Positions 1 to 9,333 of a DNA stretch of 37,146 nt are shown piece after piece. Each line of letters opens with the position of its first letter. The stretch's first letter is position 1. Origin of the DNA: a virus (lineage: Duplodnaviria; Heunggongvirae; Uroviricota; Caudoviricetes); the IMG/VR virus record IMGVR_UViG_2684622543_000013; one strand, 5' to 3'. The notes beneath the pieces were generated by a model, which saw only the letters and a list, made by a program, of their open reading frames with translations, was not told where the DNA came from and ran no database searches. The translations under genes were made by a program, and so were the position numbers.

Positions 1-841
1 GTGGATAGCGCACGCGCCCTTATTGCCCGGGGATGGGGAGTAAGCTTAGTCAGCCGTTGTCTCCGGGTGTCGCGTGCGCAGTTGCACGTCATTCTCAGAC
101 GAACCGATGACTGGATGGATGGCCGCCGCAGTCGTCACACTGATGATACGGATGTGCTTCTCCGTATACACCATGTTATCGGAGAGCTGCCCACGTATGG
201 TTATCGTCGGGTATGGGCGCTGCTTCGCAGACAGGCAGAACTTGATGGTATGCCTGCGATCAATGCCAAACGTGTTTACCGGATCATGCGCCAGAATGCG
301 CTGTTGCTTGAGCGAAAACCTGCTGTACCGCCATCGAAACGGGCACATACAGGCAGAGTGGCCGTGAAAGAAAGCAATCAGCGATGGTGCTCTGACGGGT
401 TCGAGTTCTGCTGTGATAACGGAGAGAGACTGCGTGTCACGTTCGCGCTGGACTGCTGTGATCGTGAGGCACTGCACTGGGCGGTGACTACCGGCGGCTT
501 CAACAGTGAAACAGTACAGGACGTCATGCTGGGAGCGGTGGAACGCCGCTTCGGCAACGATCTTCCGTCGTCTCCAGTGGAGTGGCTGACGGATAATGGT
601 TCATGCTACCGGGCTAATGAAACACGCCAGTTCGCCCGGATGTTGGGACTTGAACCGAAGAACACGGCGGTGCGGAGTCCGGAGAGTAACGGAATAGCAG
701 AGAGCTTCGTGAAAACGATAAAGCGTGACTACATCAGTATCATGCCCAAACCAGACGGGTTAACGGCAGCAAAGAACCTTGCAGAGGCGTTCGAGCATTA
801 TAACGAATGGCATCCGCATAGTGCGCTGGGTTATCGCTCGC
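1..841 (+). mobile_element. IS2 (IS3 family) internal segment, cut at the window edge on the left and interrupted on the right by the 36-kb insertion; the remaining 3' tail of IS2 resumes at 36876
   Basis: Sequence and translation recognised as the IS2 orfB (insD) region; the native IS2 reading frame ...HSALGYRS continues as [12 protein letters not shown]... only at 36882 onward. Confidence 0.85.
836..841. repeat. Left copy of the 6-bp target-site duplication GCTCGC (IS2 target sequence)
   Basis: GCTCGC at 836-841 and again at 36876-36881; uninterrupted IS2 has one copy (TATCGCTCGCCACGG). Confidence 0.75.
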
Positions 842-890
842 TGATGCGCCGCGCGATAAATAAGCCCGTATCCGTGAGATAAATGGTACC
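842..890. repeat. Left terminal inverted repeat of the transposable phage, with two copies of a GAGATAAAT-like motif (853-861 and 876-884)
   Basis: Reverse complement of the right end (36827-36875) shares TGAT tip, GAGATAAATG at about 12 bp and GTGAGATAA(A/T)T at about 35 bp from the tip. Confidence 0.7.
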
Positions 891-934
891 GCTGCGGCGT
901 TTCAATATATGCAAAAGAATTACAATCCTACATA

Positions 935-1501
935 TCACTCCGGCCTTTGAACACCAGCCGGAAAGTACCGATAGAGTGTCGATAATCCCACACCGTAAAT
1001 AATGGCCAACTGATGGCGTGTATATCCTTTAACTAATAATCGTCCAATCTGCTCTCTCTCATGGGGCTTTAGTGCATTTGGCCTTCCACCTATACGTCCC
1101 TGTACTCTCGCAGCGGCCAGTCCGGCCAATGTCCGTTCCACTATCAACTCGCGCTCCATTTCTGCCAGTGCTGACATGACATGAAAGAAAAAACGGCCCA
1201 TAGCAGTGCTGGTATCGATACTGTCCGTCAGTGATCGGAAGTGTGCGCCCCGTTCGTGCAAATCAGATATCAGGGTTATGAGGTTTTTGACACTGCGCCC
1301 GAGTCTGTCCAGCTTCCACACAACAAGAGTATCGCCACTATTAATGCACTTTAAAGCACGTTTAAGGCCCGGACGGCTGGCCACTTTTCCGCTCATGCGG
1401 TCTTCAAAAATGCGGTCACAATTTGCGCTTGTGAGTGCATTACGCTGCAAATCACTGTTTTGGTCAATTGTTGATACGCGGATATAGCCGATAACAGCCA
1501 T
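935..1501 (-). CDS. Serine-recombinase DNA invertase (Gin/Pin/Cin/Hin family)
   Basis: Translation MAVIGYIRVSTIDQNSDLQRNAL...LVVWKLDRLGRS...MGRFFFHVMSALAEMERELIVERT...LSTLYRYFPA is the typical invertase pattern (catalytic Ser in IRVST, C-terminal HTH); adjacent to the invertible tail-fibre segment. Confidence 0.9.
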   Translation of the reverse strand: MAVIGYIRVSTIDQNSDLQRNALTSANCDRIFEDRMSGKVASRPGLKRALKCINSGDTLVVWKLDRLGRSVKNLITLISDLHERGAHFRSLTDSIDTSTAMGRFFFHVMSALAEMERELIVERTLAGLAAARVQGRIGGRPNALKPHEREQIGRLLVKGYTRHQLAIIYGVGLSTLYRYFPAGVQRPE

Positions 1502-2166
1502 TGGTTCCTCCTCATTTTTACTGTAATGAGTGGATTATTACGAATTTACACGGCTGTGGCTGCATCCCCGAAAACCTTGGTTTGAGAGAACTTTACCTTG
1601 CACTGACAGGCGGGACGCTGAAGGGGCCGTTAAATATCGAATATGTTGGAGGTCGGGGGTTAACTACAGGAGCAACAGCCGGAACATCAATTTATCATGA
1701 ACTGTATCTGCTTGGAAAACTGGTTGCCTGGTGGGGAGTTATAAACAGTAACGAATTAGTGCTTGAAAACAGAGTCGCTGGTAAAAAATTAATTATTGGC
1801 CCTGATGGTTTCAAAATTGACGGTAAAGACATTGCGACTACTGAGCAACTTTTCGGTGTTGGTCAGACCTACAGAAACCTGACGACCAGCCGTCAAAATA
1901 AAGTCTGGTACACCAACACCGACAGCAAACCCCGGATTGTTCATGTCGAAACGAACAGAACAGGTACTCAGTATCCTTTCAGTATTGATATTCAGGTCAT
2001 TCATAACGGAGTACAACATCGTGCGGATTATCGCTGGACAACTGCTGATGAGGTTATTTGTTTAACTGCTGTTATTCCGCCCGGCGCAAGATATAGCGTC
2101 AACGGAGGATGGGGACAGCCGACAGAATGGACTGTTATTAATTTCTGGCTGGAGTACTCGCTATGA
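1501..2166 (+). CDS. Alternative tail-fibre C-terminal variable domain (silent in this orientation; becomes fused to the constant part of the fibre gene after inversion); the true 5' limit is the crossover site near 1578, not 1501
   Basis: Open frame running across the crossover site with no upstream promoter or start context; followed by an assembly-protein gene; frame arithmetic predicts in-frame fusion after inversion. Confidence 0.6.
   Translation: MVPPHFYCNEWIITNLHGCGCIPENLGLRELYLALTGGTLKGPLNIEYVGGRGLTTGATAGTSIYHELYLLGKLVAWWGVINSNELVLENRVAGKKLIIGPDGFKIDGKDIATTEQLFGVGQTYRNLTTSRQNKVWYTNTDSKPRIVHVETNRTGTQYPFSIDIQVIHNGVQHRADYRWTTADEVICLTAVIPPGARYSVNGGWGQPTEWTVINFWLEYSL
1566..1590. repeat. 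gix/hix-like invertase crossover site (ccccgAAAACCTTGGTTTgagagaa), centre TT at 1577-1578
   Basis: 22 of 25 positions match the inverted partner site at 3790-3814; core AAACC-NN-GGTTT resembles Gin/Hin recombination sites. Confidence 0.7.
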
Positions 2167-2516
2167 AATATTACAAAACGAAAAATAATGAAGTTTATGC
2201 ACTTGAAGATAACGACTCTGCAAAAGAGTGGATAAAAGAAAAAGTGACTGAAATCACCAAAGAGGAAGCTGATAACATCACAAATCCGCGACCAACGAAA
2301 GAACAACTGATCGCAAAAGCGGAATACGATAAACAGGCACTGATTACAGAGGTTCAGGCTGAACCTCAGTTACTGCAAACAAAACTGGCACTTGGCCGTA
2401 TCAGTGATAATGAAAAGGCGCGGTTAAACGCCTGGCTGGATTATCTGGAAGAACTGGAGGCAGTGGACGTATCCACCGCCCCGGATATTATCTGGCCGGT
2501 GAAGCCGGTCGTGTAG
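2163..2516 (+). CDS. Alternative tail-fibre assembly protein (partner of the silent fibre variable domain)
   Basis: Small acidic protein directly downstream of the alternative fibre domain, convergent with the active assembly gene, as in Mu G and P1 C segments. Confidence 0.6.
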   Translation: MKYYKTKNNEVYALEDNDSAKEWIKEKVTEITKEEADNITNPRPTKEQLIAKAEYDKQALITEVQAEPQLLQTKLALGRISDNEKARLNAWLDYLEELEAVDVSTAPDIIWPVKPVV

Positions 2517-3117
2517 GCCATTCAGTACCGACACCGTCGGATGTGTCGGTATCAGTGACTTTCACACTGTAAATTTCCCATTCTGTCAGTTTTGCCCGGT
2601 CTGTTTCAGTCGCCATGTTGAGGCGTATTTTACGCTCCAGCATGGCAATTTCCTGCTCAGCTTCTGCCAACAGCGACTGTTTCTGACTTTCGGCAACAGC
2701 GACCTCATGCGCGTACTGTTCTGCTTTATCTGTCACCCACTTTTTCCTGTCCCACTTATCAAAAGGCGTTTGCGGCTCAAGCAATGTCAGATTATCCGGC
2801 AGCGCACCGACGTTGTTTATCAGGACTTTTTCTTTTGTGGTTTTGTCATAAGCGGTTTTACCGCGATGGTCTTCCACATGCAGCCAGCGTTTACCGTCCT
2901 CACTGCGGACAATGGCAAATCCCGGTGCGGGTAATTCCGGTTTATCCGGATAGGCATCAGCTTTCAGACTGAATCCCAGCGGTACCTCATCCATGCTTTT
3001 CCCGGTATATTCCCGTGTCAGCGGGTGGCAGCAATACACCTCAGCCCATCCCGGAACCGTAGCCAGCCCATTTTCATCAAATACCGCGTACTGAATTTCA
3101 GTGTTGTAATCTGCCAT
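2488..3117 (-). CDS. Tail-fibre assembly protein (currently expressed orientation)
   Basis: 209-aa ORF immediately downstream of the tail-fibre gene; typical position and size of Mu U / P2 G type chaperones. Confidence 0.7.
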   Translation of the reverse strand: MADYNTEIQYAVFDENGLATVPGWAEVYCCHPLTREYTGKSMDEVPLGFSLKADAYPDKPELPAPGFAIVRSEDGKRWLHVEDHRGKTAYDKTTKEKVLINNVGALPDNLTLLEPQTPFDKWDRKKWVTDKAEQYAHEVAVAESQKQSLLAEAEQEIAMLERKIRLNMATETDRAKLTEWEIYSVKVTDTDTSDGVGTEWPTRPASPAR

Positions 3118-4413
3118 TTAAATAACCCTCGTAATATAAATCACCGCTTTGTTTACCGGTCTGAATTCATTTGCTGTGCTTACCTGACGGGATGCGTCAA
3201 AGGAGTATGCGACAGAGTTCCCGCCTGCTCCGGCTGCGCGACCGCCGGAATTGACGGAGTGACGAAATACCCCTTCGGAAAAATCCCCGCCCTCAATTGT
3301 CGGATTACCAAAGCGGCCGGTCAGGTTCCGCATGGCATCACCCTGGACACTGCCCAGCGTTCGCCCGGAGTCATAACCTTTTCCGCTGTCCAGTGCCCGT
3401 TTAAACAGCCCCCGGTCGTCGGGAAGTTTCAGTCCGGGAAAGACTTTGGCAAGCTCCGAATAAACTGATGCACTGAATGAACGGCCGTCATTCGCTAAAA
3501 AGTTTTCAGGGATAGCGGCTGTTGACTGCCATTCTATGGTTGCTCCGATTGGGATCCCCACAATACGGTTTTGTTGTATCGCACCATTGCTGTTCAGATA
3601 TCTGACAGTCAGCACAGCATAAGGATCGACATAGAACTGACCGGTATCAGTTTCTCCGGCTGCCGATGCGACTGATATTCCTTTGACATAAGTTGTGTTC
3701 ACATCACCGGAGAACGCACCGGTAAATCCGCGTCCCGGTAATTTGTTGACTGTTCTGAAAGGCAGGTAGTTTCCCTTCGGCTGAAATTTTTCTCCCAAAC
3801 CAAGGTATTCGAGAAGAGCTGCGACAGATTTTCCTGACAAGGCAGTCAGCGTATTATCCAGCGGCTGCTTACCGGCCAGAGCATTCGTCATTGTGGTGGC
3901 AAAATTTGGATCGTTACCCAAAGCCGCCGCCAGTTCATTCAGTGTATCAAGCGCCTCGGGAGACGATGCAACCAGTGCAGCAAGTGCCGATTTCACAAAT
4001 GCCGTTGTGGCAATCTGCGTATTATTAACGGTCTGCGGGGCAGTCGGAGCGGTAGGTGTGCCGGTTAATGCGGGACTGGCCAGAGGTGCATAGTCAGCAA
4101 CAACCGTTTTGACGTGTGCAGTATTGGCCAGTTTGGTGCTGTTATCCGTTTTGACCACCGTCGGTGCCGCCGGATTTCCTGTAAACGTCGGGCTGGCTTT
4201 CGGCGCATACTGGGTATGCGGGTCAGCAGCCTTAATGTGTTCCGAAAGGTCTGAACTGCCTTTTTCAACCTGTTGTTTCAGGTATGAAGTACGGCTGGCC
4301 AGTTGTTTAGCCTGACGGTTAGAAATCCCGTCAGGCCCGCCCAGGACGGGGTCAGAGACCTCAATCTGGTAGATGCCGTCTTCCCACTGCGGGGTTTCGG
4401 GTAGGTTTGCCAT
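3118..4413 (-). CDS. Tail-fibre protein (constant N-terminal part about 3804-4413, variable C-terminal part 3118-3803 inside the invertible segment)
   Basis: Translation MANLPETPQWEDGIYQIEVSDPVLGGPDGISNRQAKQLASRTSYL... with repeated TAPTAP-type fibre motifs; crossover site lies inside the gene. Confidence 0.8.
   Translation of the reverse strand: MANLPETPQWEDGIYQIEVSDPVLGGPDGISNRQAKQLASRTSYLKQQVEKGSSDLSEHIKAADPHTQYAPKASPTFTGNPAAPTVVKTDNSTKLANTAHVKTVVADYAPLASPALTGTPTAPTAPQTVNNTQIATTAFVKSALAALVASSPEALDTLNELAAALGNDPNFATTMTNALAGKQPLDNTLTALSGKSVAALLEYLGLGEKFQPKGNYLPFRTVNKLPGRGFTGAFSGDVNTTYVKGISVASAAGETDTGQFYVDPYAVLTVRYLNSNGAIQQNRIVGIPIGATIEWQSTAAIPENFLANDGRSFSASVYSELAKVFPGLKLPDDRGLFKRALDSGKGYDSGRTLGSVQGDAMRNLTGRFGNPTIEGGDFSEGVFRHSVNSGGRAAGAGGNSVAYSFDASRQVSTANEFRPVNKAVIYITRVI
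3790..3814. repeat. gix/hix-like invertase crossover site (inverted partner of 1566-1590), centre AA at 3802-3803
   Basis: ttctcCcaaaccaaggtAttcgAga versus reverse complement of the left site ttctcTcaaaccaaggtTttcgGgg. Confidence 0.7.
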
Positions 4414-4415
4414 AA

Positions 4416-4994
4416 TTAACTGCTCCCGTGGTTATAGCTGCCGTCATAGTTGACGGTATTGTTGTAGCGGATAGCGACAGACTGATACTCCAGGCTCGCC
4501 AGATGGCAGCGGGCCGGTGCAAAAGCAGAGAGGGTTTTGCGTAACAGCGCCGCCTGATCGTTAGTAATGGGCTGCTGAAGGATGACGCGGTAAACCGCCC
4601 ATGATTCCGCATCACCGTGGACGAAAAGACCGTTGTAACGGTGTTTGCCGTCGTAGCTGATCTGGCCGGTGCCTTCAATCAGATCCACCTCACCGAAGCC
4701 GAAACGGCGGATAATTTCCCGGATTGACCACGGCGTCCCTTTGTAGCGGTGCAGCTCGATGGCGGATTTGATAAGCATGCGGCGTACATCGTCAGATTCC
4801 GCCAGCTCCCAGCCATCGCCGAACAGCGAGAACTGCTCACCCAGCCACGGCAGTGCGGAGCTGTCGACAATATCAACCAGGCAGACCATCAGTACGCTCA
4901 GGTCGATGTTATCCAGCCGCCCGGCCAGTCTTCCCAGCGTTCTGAGGCTGATATCACCCTCAAGCGGCGGAGGAAGTTGCAGCCGTTCAGCCAT
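4416..4994 (-). CDS. Tail protein, P2 gpI-like (baseplate wedge/fibre attachment)
   Basis: 192-aa ORF between the baseplate J-like gene and the tail fibre; synteny with P2/Mu baseplate modules. Confidence 0.65.
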   Translation of the reverse strand: MAERLQLPPPLEGDISLRTLGRLAGRLDNIDLSVLMVCLVDIVDSSALPWLGEQFSLFGDGWELAESDDVRRMLIKSAIELHRYKGTPWSIREIIRRFGFGEVDLIEGTGQISYDGKHRYNGLFVHGDAESWAVYRVILQQPITNDQAALLRKTLSAFAPARCHLASLEYQSVAIRYNNTVNYDGSYNHGSS

Positions 4995-6090
4995 CGGACA
5001 CCCCGGTCATGTTCAGCTTAACTGCAGTGCAGTTTGCCCATTCATTTTCGGTCACCACCCGCAGCGCCGGTGTCACCAGTTCGACCTGGTACACTCCGGC
5101 AACCGACAGTACGCTGATAATCTGGCTGGGAACGATATCACGGCCCAAAGTCGCGGTTCGGGATGCCACCCAGCGCTGTATGGCGCTTTCAGCAGATGCC
5201 TTCACTGAGTTGGCGTCCCCGTCACGGTAGATCGTGATGTTAGCTTCAATGGCATAATCAACCTGAACAGGTGCTTTAGCCCGCACGGTATCAGTGAGCG
5301 GTCTGACTTTTTCATCTGAGCAAAAGCTCTCAACCAGAGTGAGGATACTGTCGTCCGGCAGGCCGGTACTGAGCAGCGGATACAGCTCCACAGTGCCCGG
5401 AACCGGAGAAAGAACAGCAACGTCAAGGATATTGGGATGAGCCTGCATGGCATGAAAGCGGTATGCCATACGGCTTCCGGCATTCGTGAATGACTCCGGT
5501 GCCAGCCTGATACGTTCGCGGAGCCTGTCATTATCTTCCTGCTCTGAACCACCGGCGCTGACCGACGGGTTAGTCACCTGCAGGTCGATGTTGCCAATCT
5601 CATCAAGCAGCTGACTGATCTGCGCCGGTTGCCAGCCGTTTCCGGCAACTCCGGGCTCAGTGCAGGTAGCGGTGACATTGACCAGCAGCAATCCGGCCTT
5701 CAGCACCACATCAGAATCGGTAGCGAAAATAACGCTGTCGGACGCGCTGACGCGGGTACCCGCCGGAATCAGCACATCAGTATCCTGTGCTGACTCCACA
5801 GAGAACCGCAGTGTGGTGCTGGCGGGTTGGGCGGCAAGACGGTACACACCGACCAGTTCCCCGAGGTAATCAATCATCGGCTCACGGGCAAAAGCAACCA
5901 GGTTTTGTTTGGCTGCCTCCTGTACTGCTACCCGGAGCAGCATTTCCCGGTATGCCCACAGGTCAATCAGCAGGCGCTCAGCCTGTGCGGGATACAGTGT
6001 TTTACCGGTTGAGGTCTCGTACTGTGCAATCATTTCTGCCGTGATTTTACCGGCATCGCGTTCGATAAAATCGGGTTCTGTCAGCGCCAT
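4987..6090 (-). CDS. Baseplate J-like protein (Mu gp47 / P2 gpJ family)
   Basis: 367-aa ORF, position after the gpW-like gene; translation start MALTEPDFIERDAGKITAEMIAQYE... typical of baseplate J proteins. Confidence 0.75.
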   Translation of the reverse strand: MALTEPDFIERDAGKITAEMIAQYETSTGKTLYPAQAERLLIDLWAYREMLLRVAVQEAAKQNLVAFAREPMIDYLGELVGVYRLAAQPASTTLRFSVESAQDTDVLIPAGTRVSASDSVIFATDSDVVLKAGLLLVNVTATCTEPGVAGNGWQPAQISQLLDEIGNIDLQVTNPSVSAGGSEQEDNDRLRERIRLAPESFTNAGSRMAYRFHAMQAHPNILDVAVLSPVPGTVELYPLLSTGLPDDSILTLVESFCSDEKVRPLTDTVRAKAPVQVDYAIEANITIYRDGDANSVKASAESAIQRWVASRTATLGRDIVPSQIISVLSVAGVYQVELVTPALRVVTENEWANCTAVKLNMTGVSDG

Positions 6091-6428
6091 GGCAGCTCCT
6101 GAGTTAAGATTTGTCCGTCAGAGCTTTTCCAGCTCACCCGGAGCGTAAGATGTTCGCCGTCAACGGCAGGTTTGACCGTTATCAGCTGACAACGCGGTTC
6201 CCAGCGGCGTATGGCATCGACAGACTCCCGCACTACATGCGGGATTGCTCTGTCGACAGGCCAGTCAATGTAACGGTGCAGATTACTGCCGAACTCCGGG
6301 CGGTGCGGATCACTGCCACGGGGAGTACGCAGGATTATTTGAATGGCCTGTCGGATATCATCGGCTCCCCGGACGATTTCGCCGGGAGCCTGCAGGGCTG
6401 GTTGCCAGAATACAGAGGTCGTTTTCAT
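6081..6428 (-). CDS. Baseplate wedge protein, GPW/gp25-like
   Basis: 115-aa ORF with ...IRQAIQIILRTPRGSDPHRPEFGSNLHRYI... pattern typical of the gp25/GPW family. Confidence 0.8.
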   Translation of the reverse strand: MKTTSVFWQPALQAPGEIVRGADDIRQAIQIILRTPRGSDPHRPEFGSNLHRYIDWPVDRAIPHVVRESVDAIRRWEPRCQLITVKPAVDGEHLTLRVSWKSSDGQILTQELPWR

Positions 6429-6483
6429 TGGGGCAGTATTGCCCCTGTGAGCCGTTGCCGATATTAAAGGCGTTTAAGAAGGT

Positions 6484-7080
6484 TCAGTGGGAGTGGTGGT
6501 TGGAGTTATTTCCGTCAGACAGCATACTGCCGGTTGAGTGGGCATTTCCGATAATTTCAAGATTACCGTCGATTACCGCAGCATTACCAACACCTCCGGA
6601 GCCAGCCATCCCGCCCCGGTAGGTGAGTTTTCCTTTGACCAGCAGATTACCTGTTACTTCGGTTTCTTCCGCGTCAATTTTCGCTTTTGGTACTTTTACC
6701 ACCGCCGATGCGCTGCATTCAATTGTTATATGTTCGATACCACCACGGATAATCAGCGTGTGTGAGTCCCGGTTGTAGCTGAACTCAGCCCCGTCTGCGT
6801 ATTTTGTACCGCGAACATTTTTATCGCTGAACGGGGGGGTGTCGACACCGGAATATACCGCACCGAGAATCACGCCATCCTCGCCGTTGGCATCCAGCAA
6901 CACCTCCACCTGTTCACCCACATCCGGAAGCCAGTAATCCTTGTTGTTCTGTGTATTGCGCTGCAGCACATTGAGCCAGTTAGTGCGCATATTGTCACAC
7001 TCAGGCAGACGGACTCTGGCCTGAACCCTGTCGGCATCGACAGCGCTGACTGTACCGACCTGACGGGTGACATTTGTCAT
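6484..7080 (-). CDS. Baseplate spike/assembly protein V-like (Mu gp45 family)
   Basis: 198-aa ORF; synteny between the gpD-like and gpW-like genes; glycine-rich C-terminus typical of spike proteins. Confidence 0.7.
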   Translation of the reverse strand: MTNVTRQVGTVSAVDADRVQARVRLPECDNMRTNWLNVLQRNTQNNKDYWLPDVGEQVEVLLDANGEDGVILGAVYSGVDTPPFSDKNVRGTKYADGAEFSYNRDSHTLIIRGGIEHITIECSASAVVKVPKAKIDAEETEVTGNLLVKGKLTYRGGMAGSGGVGNAAVIDGNLEIIGNAHSTGSMLSDGNNSNHHSH

Positions 7081-8249
7081 TATTTTTTCTCCTTAATTAC
7101 TGTTGATGTGCTGCCATCTGCCTTGTAGACAGTCAGTGTCTGGTTTTTTCCGGATTTCCGGCCTTTCTTTGCCTTACCCTGCGTCTCCGGGCCTCTGGCC
7201 ACATCAATTTCTGTGGTATATCCGCTGTTACGATCAAATGCATGCCGGGCAGTGGTTATCAGCCATTGTCCGGATAATCTGCCGAATCCCGTCAGTTCAA
7301 TTTTATTCCCCGCTGTAAGCCGGGGTGTCCCCATCAGCGTCAGGGAGCCACTCTGCTGATATTCGTTGTGTCCGGCCAGCGCTGAATCCGCCTTAATCCT
7401 GGCACTGTCAGGGTCGCTGACCCGGCTGTTAACCTTCAGAGAGTCGGCACTGGTGGTTTTGCCGCCTTTGACCTGTTTGTCGCTTTCACTGGTACCGCCG
7501 TCAGCTTCGTAGACGATAAGCTTTTTATCGCTGCTTTTCTGGTGTTTTACCTTAGCGGATTTATAGACCCTGTTGATGGTGTCACGCAGGGAAAAACCGG
7601 CCACATCCTGCGGCTTTAACTGCCTGACCGGATCCTGACTCCGCAGCGTGGCCAGATGGGAAAACACCAGCTGGTCGCTGACAACTTTCACGGCATAACC
7701 ATATTCACCGGCCAGTCTGCGCAGGAACCCCACATCTGTTTCGGCATACTGGGTTATCCGGTCTATTTTGATGTCCTCAATACTGCCGACCAGTTTCAGC
7801 TGATGCTTTTTGGCAATACGTCCGGCGATGGCTGCCAGCGTGGTGTTTTCGAAACCGCGACTGGATTTTGTCCGCAGTGCGTGATTAACAGAAGTGGCCA
7901 CTCCCCTGACAGAGACAACAGACGGCGGCGAGCTGACCTCAATCTCATCTATCGAGAAGGTACCGCATGACAGCAGTTTTTCTCCTGTGTAACCCATTTT
8001 CAGTGTCAGCGTATCGCCTTTGCCCGGATACCATTTATCCAGCCAGCGGCCATCGGTATCATCCAGCTCCAGTTCAATAGTGTCAGACTCACTTTTAATG
8101 TTATCGCTGTATGTCACACGGGTGACATAAGGTGTGATATCGCTGGTGATATTCTTCTGCAGATACCACAAAGTAAACACCGGGCTCAGTACATCACTGA
8201 CGCCGGTTAACTCTGGTGCAGCCTGCGGGATGCTGTTTACCTCAGCCAT
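7080..8249 (-). CDS. Tail/baseplate hub protein, P2 gpD-like (late control D family; Mu P-like)
   Basis: 389-aa ORF following a gpX-like gene; conserved position after tape measure and N-like genes. Confidence 0.75.
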   Translation of the reverse strand: MAEVNSIPQAAPELTGVSDVLSPVFTLWYLQKNITSDITPYVTRVTYSDNIKSESDTIELELDDTDGRWLDKWYPGKGDTLTLKMGYTGEKLLSCGTFSIDEIEVSSPPSVVSVRGVATSVNHALRTKSSRGFENTTLAAIAGRIAKKHQLKLVGSIEDIKIDRITQYAETDVGFLRRLAGEYGYAVKVVSDQLVFSHLATLRSQDPVRQLKPQDVAGFSLRDTINRVYKSAKVKHQKSSDKKLIVYEADGGTSESDKQVKGGKTTSADSLKVNSRVSDPDSARIKADSALAGHNEYQQSGSLTLMGTPRLTAGNKIELTGFGRLSGQWLITTARHAFDRNSGYTTEIDVARGPETQGKAKKGRKSGKNQTLTVYKADGSTSTVIKEKK

Positions 8250-8452
8250 GGGGCTATATCCTCTTCTGTGGCGGTATCTTCTGCCTCAATAACCGGTATC
8301 AGTAATAACAGACCTGAAGGAAGAACTGACGTGATGGCCACATGCGGATTGGCAGCGATAATCCGGGAATAGCCCAGCGGATCACCATAGTAGTGCCATG
8401 CAAGGGAATCCCATCGTTCCCCGTCACGGGTGATATGTTCAAGAAACATCAC
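8237..8452 (-). CDS. Tail protein X-like (P2 gpX family)
   Basis: 71-aa ORF with ...ERWDSLAWHYYGDP...IIAANP...LPSGLLLLIP... matching the gpX signature. Confidence 0.75.
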   Translation of the reverse strand: MMFLEHITRDGERWDSLAWHYYGDPLGYSRIIAANPHVAITSVLPSGLLLLIPVIEAEDTATEEDIAPWLR

Positions 8453-9333
8453 ACACTCCTGGTCATAATTTTGGCGGCCATTTTACTTAATGCCGGGGAC
8501 ATGCGGGTGAATGTGGTACCGGCAGAATCCAGCTGACCGGAAACAGCATCCAGTGCTGCGGCTATATTGCTGCTGTCCGCCCCGCTGAGCGAGGAGTGAG
8601 CCTGCTGTACATACGTGACCGCATCACTGATGGCTCTGGCCAGGCTGACGGCATCAGGCATGTACTCTGAAAGCGCATCAAAAGCAGGGAAACTTTTCCC
8701 GAGAGCCCCTGACACATCCCCCAGACCGTTCATCAGTCCGGGGACGCGGCTCAGCGCAACAACAGGGTTATCTTTCATTTTTTGTGCTATCCGGACAGCA
8801 CTGATGGTTGTCCGGAGAACAGACTGAGCCTGTTTTGCATAGCTGACGCCGTCGCGGACGAATTGTGCGATACCGGATGGTGACGGAACAGCATTCGTCA
8901 CGGCTCCGGCATCCGGTACCGGCGATTTGACAGCCGGGGGCTTCAGCGGTTTTTTGGGGTCGCCGGTATACTCACGCAATGATACTGATGCATTCAGTGC
9001 AAGCACATTACCTGTACTGTCAGTCTGTTCGCTGATTGCTGATATATCGGTAATAACAAACCAGCCACGGTAGTCACCGTTTCCGAAGACCAGTGCCAGC
9101 GCCTGATGAGCTTTCATCGCTGTTCTGAGACGGGCCAGTTCAGTATCCGGCTCACAATAATGCTGATGAAAGACCAGACTGATCATAATTTCGTCGAGTT
9201 TATCACCGATGAACTGCAGGCCGGGTTTCCCTTCGATGCGGGGATGCTCCGCATAGTCGGTGCCGAACGTTGCCTCAAAGCCGTCCCAGTAAGTAATCAG
9301 CTCAAACTCAATATCACCTAATACCGCAAACAT
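8449..9333 (-). CDS. Tail protein (Mu N-like / gpU-like) downstream of the tape measure gene
   Basis: 294-aa ORF, synteny only; N-terminus MFAVLGDIEFELI... resembles tail gpU/N-type proteins. Confidence 0.5.
   Translation of the reverse strand: MFAVLGDIEFELITYWDGFEATFGTDYAEHPRIEGKPGLQFIGDKLDEIMISLVFHQHYCEPDTELARLRTAMKAHQALALVFGNGDYRGWFVITDISAISEQTDSTGNVLALNASVSLREYTGDPKKPLKPPAVKSPVPDAGAVTNAVPSPSGIAQFVRDGVSYAKQAQSVLRTTISAVRIAQKMKDNPVVALSRVPGLMNGLGDVSGALGKSFPAFDALSEYMPDAVSLARAISDAVTYVQQAHSSLSGADSSNIAAALDAVSGQLDSAGTTFTRMSPALSKMAAKIMTRSV

Larger units (their letters stand above)
1..882 (+). pseudogene. insD: IS2 transposase InsD (orfB); N-terminus lies outside the window, and the last codons are replaced by prophage-end sequence (chimeric tail [13 protein letters not shown])
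   Basis: ORF translation has the integrase-core DDE region of the IS3 family; frame diverges from IS2 exactly at position 842. Confidence 0.85.
1577..3803. other. Invertible tail-fibre host-range segment (about 2.2 kb) between the two inverted crossover sites
   Basis: Inverted gix-like sites; contains the variable 3' part of the tail-fibre gene plus its assembly gene on the minus strand and a promoterless alternative pair on the plus strand; the site coordinates sum to 5380 (5380 mod 3 = 1), so inversion keeps the alternative ORF in frame with the constant part of the fibre gene. Confidence 0.75.

Noticed and set aside
836-846. A Mu-type 5-bp target duplication
   Set aside because: A 5-bp duplication (GCTCG or CTCGC) requires asymmetric element tips; the 6-bp solution GCTCGC gives symmetric TG...CA ends. 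Not fully excluded without a reference IS2 alignment.
842-1501. The invertase gene being truncated by the IS2 junction
   Set aside because: The gene ends at 935, about 90 bp inside the element and clear of the terminal repeat, so its C-terminus is native.
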